The notes beneath the pieces were generated by a model, which had not been told where the DNA came from, did not search any database, and saw nothing but the letters and a program-made list of their open reading frames with translations. A DNA stretch of 64,000 nucleotides from Octopus sinensis (lineage: Eukaryota). The translations under genes and the position numbers were made by a program. Below, in pieces: positions 15,676 to 29,283 of the stretch (positions within the stretch are counted from its first letter, which is position 1; every line of letters starts with the position of its first letter). Where the stretch lies: the NCBI RefSeq assembly GCF_006345805.1, contig NW_021835978.1:23605-87604 (forward strand), given 5' to 3'.

Positions 15676-16189
15676 TTATATATATATATATATGTATAAT
15701 ATAATATATATATATATATATATATTATATATACGTGTAGATGAATATATACACATGTATAAATATCGGCATATACACACCTAGGTGTACATAAACATAC
15801 GCCGAGCAAGAATAGATATAGGCATGTACACATATCTGCGTTTTGGTAACCGAATACGCAATAACAACAAATATGGGAGAATACTCACATATGTAAATCC
15901 GCATAAACATATTTAACGTAAGAAAATATATAAGCGTATAGAAATACACAGACATAAAATAAGCATTCCTAATGTCGAAACACAAATATATTAAAGTCTA
16001 CAGATGTTGCAACGCGAATATTTCTATGCTCAGTACTGATACCCATGTATATATACACATAATATATACGCATATACATTAGTTATAAAGAATGGAAAGA
16101 AGGCCCTCAATGCTGTGATAAAGTATGTGTAATTAATTGAGACTTCTGATAAAGTTAGGTCAATATATTTAGTTTCCACCCGTAATAAA

Positions 16190-16345
16190 AACCCTTGAAG
16201 GGTCTAGTCGAACAAATGGACCCTGGTAGTTATGTTTACAAAACCTGGTACTCATTCTATCGATATCTCCGCCGAACCATTAAGTTACGGAGACGTGATC
16301 ATATCCAACGGCGATTGTTAAGCGCTTCTGGTGGACAAACAAACA
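16190..16345 (-). mobile_element. SINE family A tail fragment, diverged
   Basis: tagtcgaacaaatggaccc...ggtactcattctatcg...ccgaacc..taagttacggagacgt matches the reverse family A tail. Confidence 0.65.
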
Positions 16346-16368
16346 AACAAACACACACACACACACAC

Positions 16369-16410
<42 letters not shown>

Positions 16411-17581
16411 ACACACACACACACCACACACTATTGTTTCTTTCAGAAGAAAGAAAAAATTAATAGGACTGCAAAAAAGAAGTGCTGAAATAAATGAGGC
16501 AAGGATCATTTAATATTGGTCATAGAGCAAACGTTAAAATGAGTTAACGACTTCATAAACGGTATCAAATCTCCAATATACATCATATATATATATAAAT
16601 ATTACCATGGCTTTATATATATATATATCTATATATATATATATATATTATTATATATATATATATATATATATATACATACGATAGTAGACGAATAGTA
16701 GAAGAAACTTGAGGTACCACTCGGTGGTCAGAACGCAAGGCCACATAATACTACCATGAAACACATCTATTCCCTGCTCGAATTTCCCAGCAACATCGAA
16801 TAGAGTTCTTCCCGATTGACGCCCACCGTACAATATCAATTGCAATACTTAATTGGTTGTAACGCAAATCATATCCGGTGCTGAAGGGAAACTCTGAGTA
16901 ATGCATGCAAATCTTCCATGATACGATGAGGCGACTGTTGTAATCGTTAGGCCCAGCTCATCGTAAAGCAAATACCACCATGAATGATATCCAAACAACA
17001 GTGGAAAAGAAAAACCACTGGATTTGGTTGAAAAGAGACGAAGATCAAAAACTAGAAGTATATTAAGCTAAACTAGTTGATCTAGCAGGTGGGACATCAT
17101 TACAGTGAGTGGGGGCCGGTGCGCAATGATGCTGCCGAGAGGTAAGACCCAAAACGGCGCGCATCTTGCTAGCATCCGGTATGCTAGCCAGATGCAGCTG
17201 GTAGCTCTTGCATCTGCAAGTTGTTTGCAAAGAATCTAGTTTATAAACATATTAGTAGATACGTATATTAGTAAGTATGTCATTATTCTGTCTATGTATG
17301 TATGTATATATATATATGTGTTGATGAATGGATTGATGGATGGATGTGTATTACATACGCAACATTTACAAGAAAGGTTATAAATATTTTACTTCTGTTA
17401 GTCTTTCTGTGTCTTCAGGAAAGACTCGCTTGAATACTTGCAACATACGGCAATCGCATACATACATCCAAAGGGGCAAACAGGGGATGCTGTTCAATTT
17501 GGCAGAGAAGTGCATCAACCATCAACGTATGCAAAAGGTATAGTGGATTTTCATGTCAACTATACTGACATAATTATAAGT

Positions 17582-18060
17582 GGAGGCGTAATGGCCCAAT
17601 GGTTAGGGCAGCGACTCCCGTAGTAGGATCGCGGTACGATTTCCAGACCGGGAGTTGTGAGTGTTTATTGAGCGAAAACACCTAAAACTCCACGAGGCTC
17701 CGGCAGGGAATGTTGGTAAACCCTGCAGTACTCTTTCTCCCAATCTTTTTTCGTTTCTGTTGTATCTGTATTTCAAGGGGCCAGCAGCTTCACACTCTGC
17801 GTCACGCTGAAACTCCCCGAAAACTACGTTAAGGTACACGTGTCTATGAAATGCTCAGCCTCTTGCACATTAGTTTCACGAGCAAGCCGATCCGTTTATC
17901 GTATCAGCTGCGACCCTCGTCGTAAGCGACGGAGTGGAGGCGCAATAGATTGGTGGTTAGGCCAGCGGGCTCGCCGCCGTAGGATCGCTGTTTCACGAGC
18001 AGGCTGTTCCGTTGATCGGATCAACTGGAACCCTCGTCGTCGTAACCGACGGTGTGCCAC
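17582..18060 (+). mobile_element. SINE family C plus appended internally deleted second copy
   Basis: ggaggcgtaatggcccaatggttagggcagcg head, homologous to 37633-38012; second head at about 17936. Confidence 0.9.
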
Positions 18061-18437
18061 GACATGAGCTATATAAGTCTATATCAAATTATAATAAACA
18101 TATATTGATTTGAACGTTTCTGTATTTCACATATTACGACATAAGTTGTTCATTGATGTCTTTCGTTGTTATTAGCTGAAAATTAACAGCCATTGAGGGA
18201 TGAAAGGTAAAGCGAACATGTTGACGTAAAACAGAATGTGAAAGTAAAACGTATAGTGTTACGTGTTAAATGCTGCGAAAATTTCAGACCGATTGTGTCA
18301 AACAAATGCTTTGTTTATGAAATATTTAAGCGCGCGAGTACACACATACACACACATATTTATATATATATATATACGTTTATATGAATATTATATATAT
18401 ATGAATATTATATATATGAATATATATATATATTATC

Positions 18438-18472
<35 letters not shown>

Positions 18473-19466
18473 AATATACAGTAATATGTCTGTAAATGGT
18501 ACTCATACATATACAAATATATACCTATTTTTATTATTATATATATATATATATACATACGATATAGACGAATAGTAGACGAAACTAGAGACCTGAGGTA
18601 CCACTCGGTGTGCAAACGCAAGGCCACATAATACTACCATGAAACACATCTATTCCTGCTCGAATTTCCCAGCAACATCGAATAGAGTTCTTCCCGATTG
18701 ACGCCCACCGTACCATATCAATTGCAATACTTAATTGGTTGTAACGCAAATCATATCCGGTGCTGAAGGGAAACTCTGAGTAATGCATGCAAATCTTCCA
18801 TGATACGATGAGGCGACTGTTGTAATCGTTAGGCCCAGCTCATCGTAAAGCAAATACCACCATGAATGATATCCAAACAACAGTGGAAAAGAAAAACCAC
18901 TGGATTTGGTTGAAAAGAGACGAAGATCAAAAACTAGAAGTATATTAAGCTAAACTAGTTGATCTAGCAGGTGGGACATCATTACAGTGAGTGGGGGCCG
19001 GTGCGCAATGATGCTGCCGAGAGGTATAAGACCCAAAACGGCGCGCATCTTGCTAGCATCCGGTATGCTAGCCAGATGCAGCTGGTAGCTCTTGCATCTG
19101 CAAGTTGTTTGCAAAGAATCTAGTTTATAAACATATTAGTAGATACGTATATTAGTAAATGTCATTATTCTGTCTATGTATGTATGTATATATATATATG
19201 TGTTGATGAATGGATTGATGGATGGATTGTGTATTACATACACAACATTTACAAGAAAGGTTATAAATATTTTACTTCTGTTAGTCTTTCTGTGTCTTCA
19301 GGAAAGACTCGCTTGAATACTTGCAACATACGGCAATCGCATACATACATCCAAAGGGGCAAACAGGGGATGCTGTTCAATTTGGCAGAGAAGTGCATCA
19401 ACCATCAAACGTATGCAAAAGGTATAGTGGATTTTCATGTCAACTATACTGTACATAATTATAAGT

Positions 19467-19950
19467 GGAGGCGTAATGGCCCAATGGTTAGGGCAGCGGA
19501 CTCCCGGTAGTAGGATCGCGGTTACGATTTCCAGACCGGGCGTTGTGAGTGTTTATTGAGCGAAAACACCTAAAACTCCACGAGGCTCCGGCAGGGAATG
19601 TTGGTAAACCCTGCAGTACTCTTTCTCCCAATCTTTTTTCGTTTCTGTTGTATCTGTATTTCAAGGGGCCAGCAGCTTCACACTCTGCGTCACGCTGAAA
19701 CTCCCCGAAAACTACGTTAAGGTACACGTGTCTATGAAATGCTCAGCCTCTTGCACATTAGTTCACGAGCAAGCCGATCCGTTTATCGTATCAGCTGCGA
19801 CCCTCGTCGTAAGCGAGACGAGTGGAGGCGCAATAGATTGGTGGTTAGGCCAGCGGCTCGCCGCCGTAGGTAGGATCGCTGTTTCACGAGCAGGCTGTTC
19901 CGTTGATCGGATCAACTGGAACCCTCGTCGTCGTAACCGACGGTGTGCCA
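19467..19950 (+). mobile_element. SINE family C (duplicate of the 17582 copy)
   Basis: Part of the tandem duplication. Confidence 0.9.
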
Positions 19951-20613
19951 CGACATGAGCTATATAAGTCTATATCAAATTATAATAAACATATATTGAT
20001 TTGAACGTTTCTGTATTTCACATATTACGACATAAGTTGTTCATTGATGTCTTTCGTTGTTATTAGCTGAAAATTAACAGCCATTGAGGGATGAAAGGTA
20101 AAGCGAACATGTTGACGTAAAACAAAATGTGAAAGTAAAACGTATAGTGTTAGGTGTTAAATGCTGCGAAAATTTCAGACCGATTGTGTCAAACAAATGC
20201 TTTGTTTATGAAATATTTAAGCGCGCGAGAGTACACACATACACACACATATTTATATATATATATATACGTTTATATGAATATATATATATATATGAAT
20301 ATATATATATATGAATATATATATTATATATATATATATATTAATATATATATATATATATAAATATATAGTATATATACTGATAATTATGTTACTCATA
20401 CAGTATAAAGTATATACTCGTATTTTATATTATTATATATATATATATATATGTATATATCTATATCATACATATATATATTCCTATATTATTATAATAT
20501 ATCATATATATATATATATATGTGTGTGTGTATATATATACATATATTTGCGTTTGTTTGTATTTATGACTGTGCATATGTTTATATGTGTGTGAGTTGT
20601 TAAATATACATGT

Positions 20614-20653
<40 letters not shown>

Positions 20654-21019
20654 TAATATATATACATATATATATGTGCATGTATATCGATATAATTATA
20701 TATATACATATATGTGTGGTGTATAAGTATGCATATATTTGGATATGTATAAATATGCTTTTATGAGGAAAAAATCGAAGTGACAAAGAAACAAATTAAT
20801 ACGATAAATGAAAGATCAGAGCAAAAATAAATATGTTTTATTACGCTTCTGTGCATTAATATTCTGTAGCAATTTATTTTTCTTGCCATGCTGGTTCTTG
20901 AGTAATTAATTATATCAACTTCTTATCCGCTTGGCACCATAACTTGTTTATTAGTGGTTTTGTTCTAAACGGTAATCAGCAAACAGAACTCACTGAGAGA
21001 GAAAGGGAGACAATAATAT

Positions 21020-21405
21020 CCTTTTCTCCTCTAGGCACAAGTCCCGAAATTTTTGGGGAGTGGAGGGCAATCGATTAGATCAACCCTTAGTACGCAACTG
21101 GTACTGATTTATAGACTCCGAAGGGATGAAAGGTAAAGTGGACCTCGGCAGTATTTGAACTCAGAACGTAAAGAGAGACGAAATACTGCTAAGCATTTTA
21201 CCTGGCGAGCTAAAGTTTCTACCGGCTCCCTGCCTTTATAAATGTTCTTTTCTACCCTAGGCACAAGGTCCGAAATTTTTGAGGAGGGGGCCAGTCGATT
21301 AGATCGACACCAGTATGCAGCTGGTACTCGGAACGAAAAGAGAGACGAAATACCGGTAAGCACTTAACCAGGTCTGCTTGCGTTTCTGCCAGCTCGCTGC
21401 CTTAG
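21020..21405 (-). mobile_element. Two tandem SINE family B copies (second internally deleted)
   Basis: ctaggcacaag...tttgaactcagaacgt units, ending gccagctcgctgcctt. Confidence 0.85.
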
Positions 21406-21452
21406 GGAGACAATAACGCTGAGAAAGTCTTTTACCTTTCGAGCCTACACTC

Positions 21453-21510
21453 TTCGGCTGATGAGAAATCACGCGTCTAGGTGGCGCTAAATTTCGAAAC
21501 CGGTACCGAG
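21453..21510 (+). ncRNA. Canonical type I hammerhead ribozyme
   Basis: Stem I ttcgg/ccgag; CTGATGA at 21458-64; stem II GAAAT/ATTTC with distal gcgtc/ggcgc; GAAA at 21496-99; palindromic stem III ACCGGT; GTA cleavage triplet with predicted cut after 21505. Confidence 0.85.
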
Positions 21511-21783
21511 TTGACCTGCATTTACTTGTTCTGACCCATTTGAGGTAAGACATTATTATTGTTCACTGATATTTTCCCCCTATCTTGTCTGTAATAGATT
21601 TGTGACTTTTCGGTGGTACAGAAGTATTTTTTGTTTTCTATCATGAACGATATAGGTACTCATTTAGTACCCTTATGTATATATGTACATATCTAATATT
21701 GTATGTATATATTTTATTAATTTGCCTGTACGGCTAATAATTCGCTTACCACTTGTGATGGTATTTTAATAATACCATCCCTA

Positions 21784-21824
<41 letters not shown>

Positions 21825-22339
21825 ATTTGTATATATGTGTGTATGTATGTGTATATATATGTAGGTAGGTAGGTATGACCATCGCCATTTCCACCACCAA
21901 TACGATACGATCATAATCACCACCGCCATAACCACTACAACCACTATCACCGTTTTCCTCAAAGTTCTCGTGGTCTATTGAAGCAACAGCTTTTGGCGTT
22001 ATTCCAATAAAATTCCAAAATGCGGGGCAACTCAGTTGAATACTTAGATAAGTATCTCACTCAGTTGTGAAATGCTGCCATTTTGCTTAATCTCACTCTA
22101 GGGAGAATGACAGCCCCTTGAGGACTGCAAGTTTTTAGAGTACATATGAAATTCCCCTGATGGGAATTTCTATAGAATCGCTTAACGCGCTAGAAGTATC
22201 AACCAATATATGCCTCAAACCACACCGTGCTGTCTTAACCCTTTGCCTGTCCAAAGCATTTTCATAAGTTTGTCCTAAGCGTCCACGCCTTTTCTCCCCA
22301 GCTTAATTTAGGTAGTAGGTAGTGATTTTCTTCACTACT

Positions 22340-22740
22340 TCAGGGAGTGACGACCCTGCCTGACACGAGTCCCGGGCTCAGCTGGCTCCGGCTGACAGTA
22401 CCCAGTATGGGCCCCTATCCAGGGTTATATAAAGGAGATAACTTTCAAAGAAATCTGGAGTGGAGCCCCGTAGGCGGTGTAGTGTTCGACTCGACACTCT
22501 TCCCACAGCTCCTGCAGCCAAGCTGGTGTCAAACGTAATGCTCTGCACTCCTTTGGACTATATCAGCAAGGTCGAGAGAGGAATCCTGACGATTGGGCTA
22601 CCTAGGATTTTCTTACACCCCTCCCAGGCCTGAGCAAAACTGGAGAGGAAACTGGACAGGCCATGAAATGTAAAAACCAGACAGGATTAGTTTATGCGCA
22701 ACTCCATTGTCACCCGAGACAAAACGATGCCAACAACAAA
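22340..22740 (+). mobile_element. Probable RTE LINE 5' UTR-derived fragment
   Basis: GC-richer island with ggagtggagcccc.taggcgg...ctcctgcagccaagctggtg.caaacgta, resembling RTE/BovB-type 5' UTRs from memory; not verified. Confidence 0.45.
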
Positions 22741-22764
22741 TTTAGCTCTTGGTTTATAAGCTCG

Positions 22765-23050
22765 CGAAGGCCCGTGGCTTAGCGGTTATGGTATTCGACT
22801 CAGGGATCATAAGGTCCAGAGTTCGATACATAGTGGTGTGTTACGTTCTTGTCAAAGACTTTATTTCACGTTGGTCAAGTCCATCCAGCTGTCAAAAATG
22901 AATGGTACCTGTAGTTCAAAGGGCCAGCCCAGTCACAACTTGTGTCGCGCTGAATCTCCCTGACAACTACGTTAAGGGTACATGTGTCTGTGGAGTGCTC
23001 AGCCACTGGCAGGCTAATTGCATGATCAGGCTGTTCGGTTGACCGACTGT
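22765..23050 (+). mobile_element. SINE family C-related, diverged
   Basis: gtggcttagcggtt...gagttcgatac head; gctgaatctccc..aactacgttaagggtaca.gtgtctgtggagtgctcagccac tail shared with the 37633 copy. Confidence 0.75.
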
Positions 23051-23856
23051 GACCAGTTTCATAAGCTCTGGGTAATATAAAGCTTTCCTTACTTAAGACC
23101 CAAGTTACTCTGTTAATCGGAAAAAATTGGGAATGTATACCATATATGATGCACGAGCGTCTGCGAAATATGCCCTGTGTATCTCAAGAGCAAAGAAAAA
23201 AGCTACTCCTTGATATATAAATACGCGGGATGGTTACGGTTAAAACGTCTCTGGTATGTGAAAAGACGGGACGACAACGGCTGAAGCGGAACACCTTTGA
23301 TCATAGTTTTCTTTAGGTGGTTAAATAAGCGCAACAAATTTAAAACAATGACACATTGCATAACAAAGAGACATGATGGTCACGGCTAGAGCCTCAATGA
23401 TCATGTGTTGACCCGAAGGGGCTGACCACGGTCTACGTAAATGGGATGAGATCTTCATATAGTTATTCTTGATATAGTAGATGTTATTGCTGCTAAGCCC
23501 CAGATCAGTCCTAGATCACTTGAGTTTGTTATTCCTTCATTAATTAATCCGTAAAACATAAGGGCAAATTCGCGATTATTTCTGGCAGATCAAAATAACA
23601 AATCTAGGTGTCAGGATTAACCCTTTTCTTTGATCGTTTGGTAGTCAGACAACATATATCGATGCAATAAAAGAAAGAATGGGGTGTTTTGTGTGATACG
23701 ATGGCTAAAACCACTTCATGAAGGCGGTACCATATCATGACCGCAGCATATCACCGAAACCAGTAAAAATATATTCAGTATCTCTATCTTGAATTTAGAT
23801 AGACACATCCGGAGCATACTTGAAGTGGAGCGGGCATATTATCGCTAGATGGCGAA

Positions 23857-24295
23857 AGGCGGGAAACTGGCAGAAACGTTAGCACGCAGGGCGAAATGTT
23901 TAGCGGTATTTCGTTTGTCTTTACGTTCTGAGTTCAAATTCCGCCGAGGTCGACTTTGCCTTTCATCCTTTCGGGGTCGATTAAATAAGTACCAGTTATG
24001 CACTGGAGTCAATATAATCGACTTAATCCGTTTGTCTGTCCTTGTTTGTCTCCTCTGTTTGTAGCTCCTTGTGGGGAGTAAAGAAATAAGAAACGTTAGC
24101 ACACAGGGCGAAATGTTTAGCGGTATTTCGTCTGTCTTTACGTTCTGAGTTCAAATTCAGCCGAGGTCGACTTTTGTCTCTCATGCTTTCGGGATCGATA
24201 AATTAAGTAACAGTTGCGTACTGGCGTCGAGATCTAATCGACTGCCCCTCACAAAAAAAAAAAAAAAAGTCGGACTTTGTGCCTAGAGTAGAAAA
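23857..24295 (+). mobile_element. SINE family B with internal duplication
   Basis: aaggcgggaaactggcagaaacgttagcac...; unit restarts at about 24090. Confidence 0.9.
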
Positions 24296-25104
24296 GACTA
24301 TCGCTAGGTGGCGAATGGCGACGAAAGCACGTTGCAAAGCAAGATAATTAACTAACCGAACCGTTAATTAAACAACGAATTTGTTATATGATTAAATGAT
24401 AACGAATGAGTTGACGATTAAAGCAAATCACGTTTTTAATTGGCATAATGACGTACACGAAGTACAGCAAAATGTGTTTTCATATATCTTATAATAATTC
24501 TGCTTGCTACATAGCCCATCCGTAACGCTTCCATGTGATTATTTGAAGCGGAGAGAGGAAGAATGGGATGGGGAAGGGGAGCGGAAGGATAGGTGGTGGT
24601 GAGTGAAATGTGTAATTTTTATTTCGTTTGAACCAAGTTCTTTGGCTCCCTTACTTAGCCCGCCCGAAACGCTTTCACGTGATTAGTTGAAGGGAAAGGC
24701 GAAGAGCGAAAGAAAAGGAAGAGAGAGAAAAAGAGAGTAAGGTGCAGTGTGAGAGAGAAAGATGGAGAGTGTTGTATGTTAAGTCTATAAAATTGTGCAT
24801 TAAATATATATAAAGTGTATATATAAAAGTGCATTAAATAATCATCGTATTCCAATTTTCTTCATTTTTAATGATTAGCAGATGATCGACTATCATTTGA
24901 TACAGACAAAACACAGGTTATCTTTTCAGGTATTTTGGATAAAGTCTTCAGAAATGACCCGAGAGGTTTACCATTAATTCCGGGAAATATTCACGGGTCC
25001 CGCTAGTTATATATAATAATGAAGGAGAGAATTACGCAAACACGAAAAAACGGGGCCCTCCTCGCAAAATGGCAAAAGAGACGAGTTATGAGAACAGGAG
25101 AGAA

Positions 25105-25275
25105 TATACACGACGGGCTTCATTCAGTTTCCGTCTACCATGTCGACCCACAAGGCTTTGGTCGACCCGAGGTTGTAATAGAATACACTTGTCCAAGGCA
25201 CCACACCGTGGGACTGAACTCGGTACCATGTGGTTGGGAAGCAAGCCTCTTACCACACAGCTACGCTTAGGCCTA
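25105..25275 (-). mobile_element. SINE family A head half
   Basis: cgacgggcttc..tcagtttccgtctacca...cttaccacacagc. Confidence 0.85.
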
Positions 25276-25478
25276 TACATTTATGTACATATGCATACAA
25301 GTGTCTATGCATGCATATATACATAGACATGAGTTTCCAAGCTGTTCTCTACATAAAAGATAAAAACAAATCCAACAAAAACAAAACCCAGTAAATCAAG
25401 AATAATTAACAAATTTCTGATGTCTAACAAGACTTTTCCTGTCTGGAAGCCATTTTACAGGCGGATTTATACACCAAT

Positions 25479-25510
<32 letters not shown>

Positions 25511-25851
25511 AAACACACGTCATAGACACAGTAAGGTACGCATCTGTGCTATCATCAAAATACAAATCTGTGTTTTAGGAAACGAAAACATTATAGTATA
25601 CACATTAATCAAATTATTGTCAGATGATTCTCTGAGTTTCCCGCTCAACTGGCTTCGTCCAAGCAAAAGCTTGTCATTGAGAAAGGTGATGTTATGATGT
25701 GAGTAATCATCAACTTGTTAGCAATAATAAATATACTCTCTGATATGTATTGTGCTACTCGTCGCCATTCATTGCTCCTCCATCACTCGTCTCTCTCTCT
25801 CCCCTTCTGTCCTCTGTACTTTTTCCCACTCTCTCAACATAGTAGATATAA

Positions 25852-25899
<48 letters not shown>

Positions 25900-26164
25900 C
25901 TGTATATTTGTATACATACTGATTATTAGGTAAATATAGAGCGACACATAGGTAGATAGACATATAACTTCATACTTACATATATACATACATACATGCA
26001 TATATACATATACGCTTTCGTATACATATATTTGTCTATTAGATAACACACACACACACATATATCTATATCTATCTCTCTCTCTCTCTCTCTCGCTATC
26101 TATCTATCTACCTATCTATATATATCTAACTATATATATATATATATTCCGCGCGCATACACAC

Positions 26165-26207
<43 letters not shown>

Positions 26208-26815
26208 GTGTGTGTGTGTATGCTTGTATACACGTACATATATATTGACTGATTAGTAGGTAAATATAGAGCGACACATACATACATACACACACACACA
26301 CGCACATACATACATACATACATACATACATACATACATACATACATACATACATAAATATAATTATCCGCACATTCAGACACGCATGCAGACAAACCCC
26401 ACCACACACTCATTCACACGCACACACTGTTACGCACAAGCAGCCACAGACAGACACTACTCTTCATATTTAATTGATAAAAATGATTCATTTAAACATG
26501 CGAAACAGCAAAGAAATAAATCAAAATTTAATTCACTTCCTACACTTTTCGTAATTTGGGGAAAAAAAAATGTTTTGAAATTCTTCACTGATTCTCATCA
26601 ATATTCGAAATGAGCAACTTTCCTAATCACTGAATTATTTCAGTGCCTTGGGGTGATATGTTAAGTACTTTGTTTGGCAGACCGGTTATGAAATGTGTAT
26701 ATTTTAGTGAAAAGTACATAGTCTTTGAATTCTTCGAGTAAATGTTCCCTGGTGGAAAAATTTAGGTTCAAATATGGCTTATATTTTAGCACAAATGTGC
26801 TTACATGTATTCAGT

Positions 26816-26908
<93 letters not shown>

Positions 26909-27285
26909 ATGTCTGTCTGTCTGTCTGCCTGCCTGCCTGCCTGTCTGCCTGTCCGTCTGTCTATCTATTTGTCTGTCTATCTGTCTGTCTAGCTATCCGT
27001 CTGTCTAGCTATCCGTTTGTCTATCTCTCTGTCTGTCTAGATGTGTATATGGAATCTTTTGTGCGCGCGGGTATATGCGTAAATAGATGTGTGCGTGTGT
27101 GCGTGCATGCGCGTATATGCGTATATAGACGTGTCTTACTCTTGGTTTTTTTTAAACATTTTCCTGTATTTTGTCCTGTTTTTTTCTTGTGTGTGTGCGC
27201 GCATATAGACATGTGTATAAACTATTTTGTGCGCGCATGTGTTTGTGCGTATATAGACGTGCTCGGGTATGTGCGTAAATAGGCA

Positions 27286-27317
<32 letters not shown>

Positions 27318-27424
27318 TGTGTGCATAAGGGTATGTGCATATATAGACGTGGTTTAATCTTTGTATACTCCCTTAAACCTTTTTCCCCACGTCGTATATA
27401 TGTATATATATGTGTGTGTGTTTG

Positions 27425-27619
27425 TGTGTCTGTGTTTGTCCCCCAACATCGCTTGGGAATCGATGCTGGTGTGTTTACACACCCGTAACTTGGCGGTTCG
27501 GCAAAAGAGACCGATAGACTAAGTACTAGGTTTACAAAGAATATGTCATGGGGTCGATTCGCTCGACTAAAGTTGGTGCTCCAGCATGGCCACAGTCAAA
27601 TGACTGAAACAATTAAAAG

Positions 27620-27622
<3 letters not shown>
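27425..27622 (+). mobile_element. SINE family A tail half
   Basis: gtttgtcccccaacatcgctt...ggtgctccagcatggccacagtcaaatgactgaaac. Confidence 0.9.
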
Positions 27623-27680
<58 letters not shown>

Positions 27681-28734
27681 ATGTATATATGATATAATAT
27701 ATAAATACATAAACATATAAAATAATATATTATCTAAATATATGCCACAGTGAGAGGGAGAGATAAAATATTATTAGACAAAAATCAAACACAAAGTAAC
27801 GTTAGTCCAACGTATATTCGCATGTTCACAGTTAATTTTATAAGGCTAGCCCTCAAAGAAAGATAAAACGTATCAATTAATCGTCGATTAACGTTTCGGA
27901 TAAAATCTTTTGCCGTTAAGTAAATTATTATGATTGCTGCTTTGAAACAATATTGCTACAATCGTTAATAACCAAGTGTTACCCAATCCACCAGCTATTT
28001 GCGACTCCAGTGATTTGTTAATCACTTTTTCCCTTCTTTCAGTAGAAATAAAATTTTTTATAGCATTCTGATGCTACTTAGTGGCTGCTATTAATGATGT
28101 ACTAAAACCCAGACTTCTAGATTTAGCAACTCCATCGCTGCTGCTGGGGGCTTTTCGTCTGCTGTGATACACTTGTGTTTTTTATAGCTGTAGACGTCTG
28201 TAGTAGTTGCTTTCTTGAGACGAATTCTGCAGTTATGTGGCTTTCTCCGGAATATCCGTGTTAAATAAGATATGAAGAATGTTACACGTGCACGCATATA
28301 CACACACGCGCATATATAAAATTAAAACAGACTCACGAATAAGTAGATGACTAAATGTTATTTTGTGTGACATTACTAGGGACTCTAATCGACCGTTCTT
28401 GGTTGGCTTTCAATATAAATGGCCAGATATTGCAGAAAATTAGAAAAAAAACTCAATATACATATTAAATCAACACATACCTATATACATGTATACATAT
28501 CTCTGGATATATATGTACACACACACACGCAAATATATGTATATACATATATATGGCTAGTAATATTTGTCGTCACTTTGTTTTTGTCAGTACAAATACT
28601 GTGTTGATCTCTTAGAGTGATTTCAGAACTGGAATTTTTTGCTTAATTATATATATATATATATATTATATATATATATATAAGCATACATTATTTATAA
28701 ACACACACAATATATATACATATACATAAAACTA

Positions 28735-29165
28735 CACAGGCTTAGGAGTGGCTGTGTGGTAAGTAGCTTGCTTACCAAACACATGGTTCAGTCCCACTGC
28801 GTGGAACCTTGAGCAGGAGTCTTCTACTATAGCCTCGGGCCGACAAAAGCCTTGTGAGTGGATTTGGTTGACGGAGACTGAAAGAAGCCCGTTGTATATG
28901 TGTATATATATATACATATATATATATGTGTGTGTACGTGTGTGTGTGTATGTTTGTGTGTCTATCTTTGTCCCCCCAACATCGCGTGGCAACCAACGCT
29001 GGTGTGTTTACGCCCCCGTTACTTAACGGTTCGGCAACAGAGACCGATAGAATAAGTTGAACAAAGAATAAGTCCTGGGGTCGATTTGCTCGATTAAAAG
29101 GCGGTGCCCCAGCATGGCCACAGTCAATGACTGAAACAAGAAAAATAGTAAAGAGAGTTTAAAGA
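28735..29165 (+). mobile_element. SINE family A, near full length
   Basis: ggagtggctgtgtggtaagtagc head, internal (TA)/(TG) tract, tail ending aaagag repeats. Confidence 0.9.
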
Positions 29166-29189
29166 GAGTATATATGCATATATATTATA

Positions 29190-29241
<52 letters not shown>

Positions 29242-29283
29242 ATATACATACTGACGACGCACAGACAATATATACGTGTGTCC

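Larger units (their letters stand above)
16678..20330. repeat. Tandem direct duplication, unit about 1.88 kb (16678-~18450 and 18556-~20330)
   Basis: Near-identical unique sequence plus SINE repeated at an offset of about 1880, with (TA)n at the junctions. Confidence 0.95.
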
